A DNA stretch of 33,129 bases, taken from assembly GCA_046051725.1 (NCBI GenBank), contig JBJONS010000031.1:1-33129 (forward strand), read 5' to 3'. The position numbers and the translations under genes are program-made. The stretch is from Pseudomonadota bacterium (lineage in GTDB: Bacteria; Myxococcota_A; UBA796; UBA2385). The notes under the pieces are model-generated. The model saw only the letters and a list, made by a program, of their open reading frames with translations, did not search any database and was not told the DNA's origin. Positions within the stretch are counted from its first letter, which is position 1; each line of letters opens with the position of its first letter. Shown in pieces: positions 27,451 to 33,129 of this stretch.

Positions 27451-27485
27451 GCGGCGGAGGGCCTGAGCGGCGGCGGAGGAGCTGA
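27435..27485 (+). repeat. 16-bp tandem repeat duplicating the S8 stop-codon region
   Basis: GCGGCGGAGGGCCTGA at 27435 and 27451, with a variant GCGGCGGAGGAGCTGA at 27470. Confidence 0.85.
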
Positions 27486-27497
27486 GCGGCCGCGCCC

Positions 27498-29477
27498 TCA
27501 GGCCGTCGTCGGCGGGGCCCCCGGCTCGGGGTCGTGGACGAAAAGCACGCTGCAGCGAAGCTCATCGCAGACCGGGCTGTGCCGCAGCTCAAAGCCGGCG
27601 ATGGCCGGCGTCCACGCCCCGCCCACGCCGATGATGAGCAGCGCGCTGTTGTGGGCCTTGGCGGCGAGCTCGTCGAAGGTGGCGGTGGCCGGCAGCTCTT
27701 CGACCGCGAGGCCCGCGGCCCGCAGGCAGGCGCCCACGCGGGCGGCCGCGGCCCCATGCGGCCCCTCGGTCACCAAAATGGCCTTGTCGAAGCTGTCGCG
27801 GGGCATGAGCATGCAGAGGTCGGCGTCGAGCTCGTTGGCCAAAGTCTTGATCGGGCCGCCGAAGACCGCCTGCCCGAGCAGCGGCTGGTGCACGCCGACC
27901 AGCACGACGGTCGACCGCTGGGTGCGGGCGATGAGCGCGATGTCGCGGCCGGGCTCGTCGCTCGAGAAGCTCATCGAGCGGGCGGCCACGCCCTCGACCG
28001 CCAGCGCGTCGGCCAGCTTGCCGCTCAGCGCGCGCACGGCGAGCTCTTCTTCGGCGGGCGGCACCATCTGGCCCTGCTCACGCACCGCGGTGAGGCTGAG
28101 CGCGAGCGCCTCGCCGTCTTTGGCGAGCAGGGCGCCCACCTGAGCGAGCCGGGGGAGGTTCTGGGGCCGGGCGACGCTGACCAGCAGGCGCACCTCGCCC
28201 GGGCCGGCGGCGGACGGCGGAGGCGCGGGCACGGGAGGGGGCTCAGCGGCCCCCGGCCGCAGCAGGCTGAGCAGCGGGCTCGTCATGAAGGTGGTGGCCA
28301 GGGCCATGATGACCATCGAGCCATAGAGGCGCTCGCCCAGCACGCCCATGTCGCGGCCGATGTTGAGGATCACCAGCTCCATCAGGCCGCGGGTGTTCAT
28401 CAGCACGGCGAGGGTGGCCGCGTCGCGCCAGCCGAGGCCGCCGCGGGCCGCCGGCAGCAGCGTGCCGATGAGCTTGCCGCCGCTGGCGATGAGGACCACG
28501 GTCAGCGTCACGCCGATCATGCGGCCGTCGAGCGCCTGCATGAGATCGGTCTTGAGCCCGGTGACCGCAAAAAACACCGGCAGGAACAGCACCACCACCA
28601 GCTCTTCGATCCGGGCGGTCAGCACGGGGACGATCGCCCCCTCGCGGGGCATGATCGACCCGAGCAAAAAGGCCGCCAGCAGGGCGTGGACGCCGAGCTG
28701 CTCGGCCACGACCGCGGTGCCGAGCAGCAGCAAGATCACCGCCGCAAAACCGCCCGAGGTGATGCGCTCGGCGCGCAGGAAGCGGCGGGCCACCCGCGCC
28801 AAAAAGGGGCGGACCACGAACACCATGACCGCCAAGAACACCGCCGAGGTGAACGTTTTGACGCCCGCCTCGGCCATGCCGCCGCTGCCCGCGACCCCGA
28901 TGGCGGCGGCCACGAGGCTCCAGGCGGCCACGTCGGCGAAGGCCGCGCAGGCCATCGTCACGCCGCCCAGCGGGGTGCGCAGCAGGCCGCGCTCGCCGGC
29001 GATGCGGGCGAGCACGGGGAAGGCCGTGACGCTCATCGCGGCGCCGATGAACAGCGCGAAGGGCCCGACGGCCACGCCATCGGGCGCGTGCTCGGGCCAG
29101 ATCACGAAGCCCAAGCCGGCGCCCAGCAGCAGGGGAAGGCCGATGCCGCCGAGGCTGGCCCGCACCGCGAGGCCGCCCCGGCCGCGCAGCAGGGCCGGGT
29201 CGAGCTCGAGCCCGACGACGAACATGAAGAGCACGAGGCCGATCTGGCTGATGGCCTCGAGCGCGACCACGCTCTCGCGGGGGAAGAGCGCGCCCGCCGC
29301 CTCGGGCCAGACCCGGCCGAGCAGGGTGGGGCCGAGCGCGATGCCCGCGGCGATCTCGGCGACGACCAGCGGCTGGCGCAGCCCGCGGGCGACGAGGCCG
29401 AAGACGCGGCAGGTGCCGATGATGACGAGCATCTGGCCGAGCAGCAGGCCCAGATCGACGCCGGCGCTGGCTCCCAT
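27498..29477 (-). CDS. Cation:proton antiporter (CPA2, Kef/CHX-like) with a C-terminal USP-like region
   Basis: QPLVVAEIAAGIALGPTLLG, LFMFVVGLE, SVTAFPVLARI, FLPVFFAVTGLKTD and LMNTRGLMELVILNIG, with many TM helices. GGAG RBS before ATG 29477. Confidence 0.93.
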   Translation of the reverse strand: MGASAGVDLGLLLGQMLVIIGTCRVFGLVARGLRQPLVVAEIAAGIALGPTLLGRVWPEAAGALFPRESVVALEAISQIGLVLFMFVVGLELDPALLRGRGGLAVRASLGGIGLPLLLGAGLGFVIWPEHAPDGVAVGPFALFIGAAMSVTAFPVLARIAGERGLLRTPLGGVTMACAAFADVAAWSLVAAAIGVAGSGGMAEAGVKTFTSAVFLAVMVFVVRPFLARVARRFLRAERITSGGFAAVILLLLGTAVVAEQLGVHALLAAFLLGSIMPREGAIVPVLTARIEELVVVLFLPVFFAVTGLKTDLMQALDGRMIGVTLTVVLIASGGKLIGTLLPAARGGLGWRDAATLAVLMNTRGLMELVILNIGRDMGVLGERLYGSMVIMALATTFMTSPLLSLLRPGAAEPPPVPAPPPSAAGPGEVRLLVSVARPQNLPRLAQVGALLAKDGEALALSLTAVREQGQMVPPAEEELAVRALSGKLADALAVEGVAARSMSFSSDEPGRDIALIARTQRSTVVLVGVHQPLLGQAVFGGPIKTLANELDADLCMLMPRDSFDKAILVTEGPHGAAAARVGACLRAAGLAVEELPATATFDELAAKAHNSALLIIGVGGAWTPAIAGFELRHSPVCDELRCSVLFVHDPEPGAPPTTA

Positions 29478-29597
29478 CGGCACTCCGGGCGGGAGCCCTG
29501 CTCCGCGAGGCGCCGCGCGGCACGCGCGACCCCGCCCGAGGCTGGCGCGCCGCGGGCCCGCCGCGCAAGGCCCAGGCCCAGGCCAGCCCCCTAAGCG

Positions 29598-29618
29598 GTT
29601 GATCTGCGTTGACTCAAT
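29598..29618. promoter_or_regulatory. HAIR-like inverted repeat in a divergent intergenic region
   Basis: GTTGATC-N7-ACTCAAT versus the HspR HAIR consensus CTTGAGT-N7-ACTCAAG (10/14 match, correct spacing). Confidence 0.3.
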
Positions 29619-29724
29619 TGCGTCTGATCGGGGCTCTGGGGGCCTGTCCCGAGGGCGACCCGTTGCGCGACCGCCGCCGGCCGCCGCGCAGAGGCGTTAG
29701 CGGGGCGTGGCTGGAGGCCCTCCG

Positions 29725-30714
29725 ATGACCCACGACCCGTCCGCTCCGCGCCCGACCCTCTCCCCGAGCGCGTCGGCGCCGGCCCACGCCGCGATCGACG
29801 CCGCTCCGAGCAACGGGCTGGCGCAGGGCGCAGGCGGCGGCTGGGTGATCGGGCCCGACCCCCACGCCCAGCTCGAGCACCTGCTCGGCCTGCCCGCCGG
29901 CCGCCGCATCGAGGCCCTGGTCCAGTTCGCCGACGGGGCCGCCGCGATCGGCGACGCCGCGCTCAAGGCCAAGGTCGCGACCGCCGTGCTCGAGCTCATC
30001 GAGGGCTGGGCCGGCAACCCCAAGCAGCGGCTGCAGCTCGGCGTCGCGCTGAGCCGGGTCGGCGACCCCCGCCTGCGCCTGCCGACCGAGGCCGAGTACT
30101 GGGCCACGGTGACCACCGACGAGGGCGCCGTGCTGCAGGTCGGCCGCTTCTTGGTCACCAACGCCGAGCTACGCGCCTGGTTTGACGCCGGCGGCGACAA
30201 GAACGACGCCTGCTGGTCTGAAGAGGGCCTCGCCTGGCGCGACAGCGGGCCGCCGAGCTGGGCCGCGCTGGCCGCCGACCCGGCGGTGCGCCACCTCGTC
30301 GAAGACAACCAGCCCGCCGCCGGCCCCACCTGGTGGGAGGCCGAGGCCTACGCCAAGGCCCACAACGCCCGCCTGCTGTCGGTCGACGAGTACCGCGCCG
30401 TGGTGCGCGGCCTCGAGAAGCGCCCCTACCCCTGGGGCTCGCCCTTCGGCGACGGCAACGCCAACACCCGCGAAGAGGCGCTCGGCCAGCCCTGCGCCGT
30501 CGGCATCTACCTGGCCGACCGCACGCCCGAGGGCGTGTGCGACCTGGCGGGCAACATGGGCCACTGGCTCGCCGATGACAGCGGCGACCGCAAGATGCTG
30601 CACCCGGGCTCGTGGGCCCGGCCGAGCATGGCCGCCTGGGCCAAGGCCGTCGACATGGCCGACCCCGACACCCGCTCGGCCGACATGAGCTTCCGGCTGG
30701 TGCGCGGCGGATGA
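29725..30714 (+). CDS. FGE-sulfatase/SUMF1-domain protein with an N-terminal HEAT-like 'GDPR' segment
   Basis: RLQLGVALSRVGDPRL, GRFLVTNAE, NQPAAGPTWWEAEAYA, KRPYPWG, TPEGVCDLAGN and SFRLVR. GGAGG RBS before ATG 29725. Confidence 0.88.
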   Translation: MTHDPSAPRPTLSPSASAPAHAAIDAAPSNGLAQGAGGGWVIGPDPHAQLEHLLGLPAGRRIEALVQFADGAAAIGDAALKAKVATAVLELIEGWAGNPKQRLQLGVALSRVGDPRLRLPTEAEYWATVTTDEGAVLQVGRFLVTNAELRAWFDAGGDKNDACWSEEGLAWRDSGPPSWAALAADPAVRHLVEDNQPAAGPTWWEAEAYAKAHNARLLSVDEYRAVVRGLEKRPYPWGSPFGDGNANTREEALGQPCAVGIYLADRTPEGVCDLAGNMGHWLADDSGDRKMLHPGSWARPSMAAWAKAVDMADPDTRSADMSFRLVRGG

Positions 30715-31403
30715 GCCTGGCCCGGACCTACACGGCCAAAGAGCTGCTGATGGTCTCGGACCCGGCTTGGCCCGAGCTGCACGGCCGCATCCGCGGCGGG
30801 CGCAATGGGGTCGAGCTGCTGGTCGCTGATCCCGAGCAGGGCAAGCGCTGCCTCGAGGGCATCCAGGCGCCGGTCAGCACCGTGCTCGGCGCGATGAGCC
30901 ACCACGTCGGCGGCCTGCTCATCGACAGCGGCTGGCTGCGGGTTTTGGGCTGCGGCCACCCGCGCATGCGGGGCAGCCTGCTGTCGTGGAACGGCCGGGG
31001 CGGCCCGACCGGCTTCCCGGGCATCGCCGGCGCGGTCATCGTCGCCCACGACGTGCTGGGCGGTGTCTTCGCGGTCAACGGCGGCGGCCTCTTCGGCCAG
31101 CCCGGCGAGCTCAACTACTACGACCCCGCCGAGGGCCGCTGGGCGCCGCTCGAGGTCCGCTACCCCGGCTTCATCGTCTGGGCGCTCGACGGCGACCTGT
31201 CCCAGCTCTACGCCCACAGCCGGTGGGAGGACTGGGACCGCGACGTCAGCGCGCTGACCGGCGATCAGGTCATCATCCGCACCCCGCCGCCCTGGCAGGA
31301 CCCCGCGCCCGAGGCCGTGCAGGCCGAGGTCCGCCCGGCGATGGAGCTGGTCTCTGGCCGCTGGCGCCCGGCGGCGGTCGAGCCCGGCGGGGCTGAGGCC
31401 TGA
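30711..31403 (+). CDS. DUF2625-family protein
   Basis: DPAWP, GGLLIDSGWLRVLGCGHPR, VAHDVLGGVFAVNGG and WALDGDLSQLY..RW.DW..DV motifs match DUF2625 as I recall it. ATGA overlap with the upstream stop. Confidence 0.8.
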   Translation: MSLARTYTAKELLMVSDPAWPELHGRIRGGRNGVELLVADPEQGKRCLEGIQAPVSTVLGAMSHHVGGLLIDSGWLRVLGCGHPRMRGSLLSWNGRGGPTGFPGIAGAVIVAHDVLGGVFAVNGGGLFGQPGELNYYDPAEGRWAPLEVRYPGFIVWALDGDLSQLYAHSRWEDWDRDVSALTGDQVIIRTPPPWQDPAPEAVQAEVRPAMELVSGRWRPAAVEPGGAEA

Positions 31404-31700
31404 GCGGTCTGCCGCGGGGCGCCAGCGCGCCCCCGCCTGGCGTCGCCGGGGCCCCGGGCGCCGCTCCGCCTCGCGGCGGGATCGGCGCCCGCCCGGCTCG
31501 GTCACCCGGCGGGGCCGGGTGACGGCTGCGCCCCGGCGGTCGCGCGGGCGCGGTCGGGCGTGGTCGCATGCCGTGCCCACCGTCACCCATCGGGTGCGGA
31601 CCCATCGGCACGACCGCTTCCCTCAGGGAAAGCCCCAAAAAAAAATAGGAGAATCACGCGATCCTGTGCCAAGCTCTCGGCGCACCCGCCGGAGCGCTCC

Positions 31701-32342
31701 ATGCCCGTCCTGCCCCTCTTCGTTCCCTTCGCGCTGCTCACCGTGGCGGGGGCCGCCGAGCCTGCGGCCGAAGCCCCCGCGCTCCGGCTCAAGTACAACC
31801 CTGAGCTCATCTCCCACGCGTCGTTCAGCGACCGGCGTGACGGGGGGCCTGCGGCCGGGGCGGCCACGAGCCAGGTCACGGCGGTGGCGCTGCCCGCGGG
31901 CAGCAACCGGGTCGAGCTCACCCACCGGCTGGGTGAGCGGGCCGAGCTCGGGGGCCTCTTCGACATCGCCTTCGACCGCGTCTCCTCTGACGGCGGGGCG
32001 CCCCGCAGCTCGATCGGCGGCGGGGTCGGGCTCACCGGCGCCTACACCCTGCCCTTGCGCGGCGACATCGGCGCCTTCGCCCAAGGCGTGGCGCTGTACA
32101 CGCGGTCCTGGGGCACGTTCAACCCCGCGGCCACCCGCGGCGGCGACCACGGCCTGCGGCTGAGCGCCGCGCTCGGCCTGCGCTTCCCGCTGGCCGGGCA
32201 CATCAGCCTCGACCCGGCCCTTGAGCTCAGCCGCGGGGCGCAGCAGGCCTGGGCGGTGCCCGCCGAGGTCGAGCCCGACCCCAAGGTGCGCCAGGTCGAG
32301 CTCCGGGCGAGCGCGCGGCTCGGCCTGAGCGTGCGCTTCTAA
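31701..32342 (+). CDS. Small outer-membrane beta-barrel protein (paralogue 1)
   Basis: Signal peptide, alternating amphipathic beta-strands and C-terminal RLGLSVRF (terminal Phe, BAM signal). GGAG RBS. Confidence 0.8.
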   Translation: MPVLPLFVPFALLTVAGAAEPAAEAPALRLKYNPELISHASFSDRRDGGPAAGAATSQVTAVALPAGSNRVELTHRLGERAELGGLFDIAFDRVSSDGGAPRSSIGGGVGLTGAYTLPLRGDIGAFAQGVALYTRSWGTFNPAATRGGDHGLRLSAALGLRFPLAGHISLDPALELSRGAQQAWAVPAEVEPDPKVRQVELRASARLGLSVRF

Positions 32343-32399
32343 GCGCGCAGAACAACGACCAGCGCAGCGCTCTGGGCCAACCGCCCGCCGGAGAACCCC

Positions 32400-33044
32400 A
32401 TGCCCACCCTGCTCCTTTTGTTGGCCCTGCTCGGCGCAGCGCAGGCCGAAGACCAGTCCCCCGACGCGCCGAAGCTCCGCCTGAAGGTGGCGCAGAGCCT
32501 GGTCTCCACCGGCCTGAGCACCTCCGACAGGTCCGGCGGCCCCTTCCCCGCGAGCAGCTCCACCTTCCAGTACACCTCGGCGCAGCTGAGCAGCGGCCCG
32601 ACCCGGGCCGAGCTGACCTACCGCATGCGGCCGCGCTTCGAGCTGGGCGGCTCGGCCACCGTCGCCCTCCGACGGGCGACGATCGGCGGCACAGAAGGGG
32701 GCTCGTACACCGGAGGCGGCGCCGGCCTGGGCCTGACCGCGATCCACAACACGCCACTGCGGCCGGGGGCGGTGCTTTTTGCGCAGGTGGGGGCCGGGTA
32801 CAGCTGGAGCAGCTACCCCAGCAACATGCCCAACGCCGGCACGCGCACCCATGGGCTCGGCGGGCGGGCGGCGGTCGGCCTGCGCCTCAAGCTCGCCGAG
32901 CAGGTCAACCTCGAGCCCGCGCTCACCGGCGCGGCGGGCGGGTCGTGGACCACCGAGGACGCGGCGGCCGACCCCGACTTTCAGGACCACCAGTCGACGT
33001 GGCTGGGCGGCGGCGCCGAGCTCGGCCTCAGCTTCCGGTTCTGA
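32400..33044 (+). CDS. Small outer-membrane beta-barrel protein (paralogue 2)
   Basis: Signal peptide (MPTLLLLLALLGAAQA), amphipathic strands and C-terminal ELGLSFRF. Colinear similarity to 31701-32342. Confidence 0.82.
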   Translation: MPTLLLLLALLGAAQAEDQSPDAPKLRLKVAQSLVSTGLSTSDRSGGPFPASSSTFQYTSAQLSSGPTRAELTYRMRPRFELGGSATVALRRATIGGTEGGSYTGGGAGLGLTAIHNTPLRPGAVLFAQVGAGYSWSSYPSNMPNAGTRTHGLGGRAAVGLRLKLAEQVNLEPALTGAAGGSWTTEDAAADPDFQDHQSTWLGGGAELGLSFRF

Positions 33045-33129
33045 GCGGCCCGCCATCCTGCCGCGCCGTGTCGATCCGCTCGATCGCCGCCCGCATCGAG
33101 GGGAAGCGGTCGAGCAGGTAGTGGAAGCT
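33028..33129 (-). CDS. 3' end of a convergent gene entering from the right edge (...SFHYLLDRFPSMRAAIERIDTARQDGGPLRTGS*)
   Basis: An open minus-strand frame with GC3-biased codons ending in TGA at 33030-33028. It overlaps the barrel gene by 17 nt. Confidence 0.5.
   Translation of the reverse strand, partial: SFHYLLDRFPSMRAAIERIDTARQDGGPLRTGS

Noticed and set aside
31606-31671. Possible sigma54 promoters (CGGCACG at 31606; minus-strand TGGCACA at 31671)
   Set aside because: The required GG-N10-GC spacing is not met: one site lacks the GC and the other has N9.

Overview
A very GC-rich bacterial window (roughly 75% GC by eye), probably Myxococcota: it has a MYXO-CTERM-like sorting tail, a Ser/Thr kinase-FGE fusion and a Myxococcus-like crtC. 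I can support about 22 complete or nearly complete genes plus two partial edge genes. In order: (1) a carotenoid-tailoring operon (crtC-like hydratase, GT2 glycosyltransferase, acyltransferase, crtD-like desaturase) with a translationally coupled secreted hypothetical protein; (2) a Hanks kinase-PEGA-FGE/SUMF1 protein; (3) a co-oriented minus-strand pair consisting of a membrane-anchored STAND-like ATPase-TPR-TM-TPR protein with a degenerate Walker B and a caspase-family protein with a long His-Cys insertion, an unknown C-terminal domain and an apparently frameshifted 5' end; (4) trpS, a LysR regulator, corA, udk, a secreted TPR protein, an orphan sensor kinase and htpG; (5) a non-canonical S8 protease with FG-GAP repeats, a CPA2 antiporter, an FGE-domain/DUF2625 pair and two tandem paralogous outer-membrane beta-barrels. 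The best candidate for an undescribed system is the STAND-TPR receptor plus caspase-like module (8620-13191), possibly with the convergent kinase-FGE gene. I saw no rRNA, tRNA, CRISPR array or mobile element. All calls rest on motif recognition by eye; no database searches were run.
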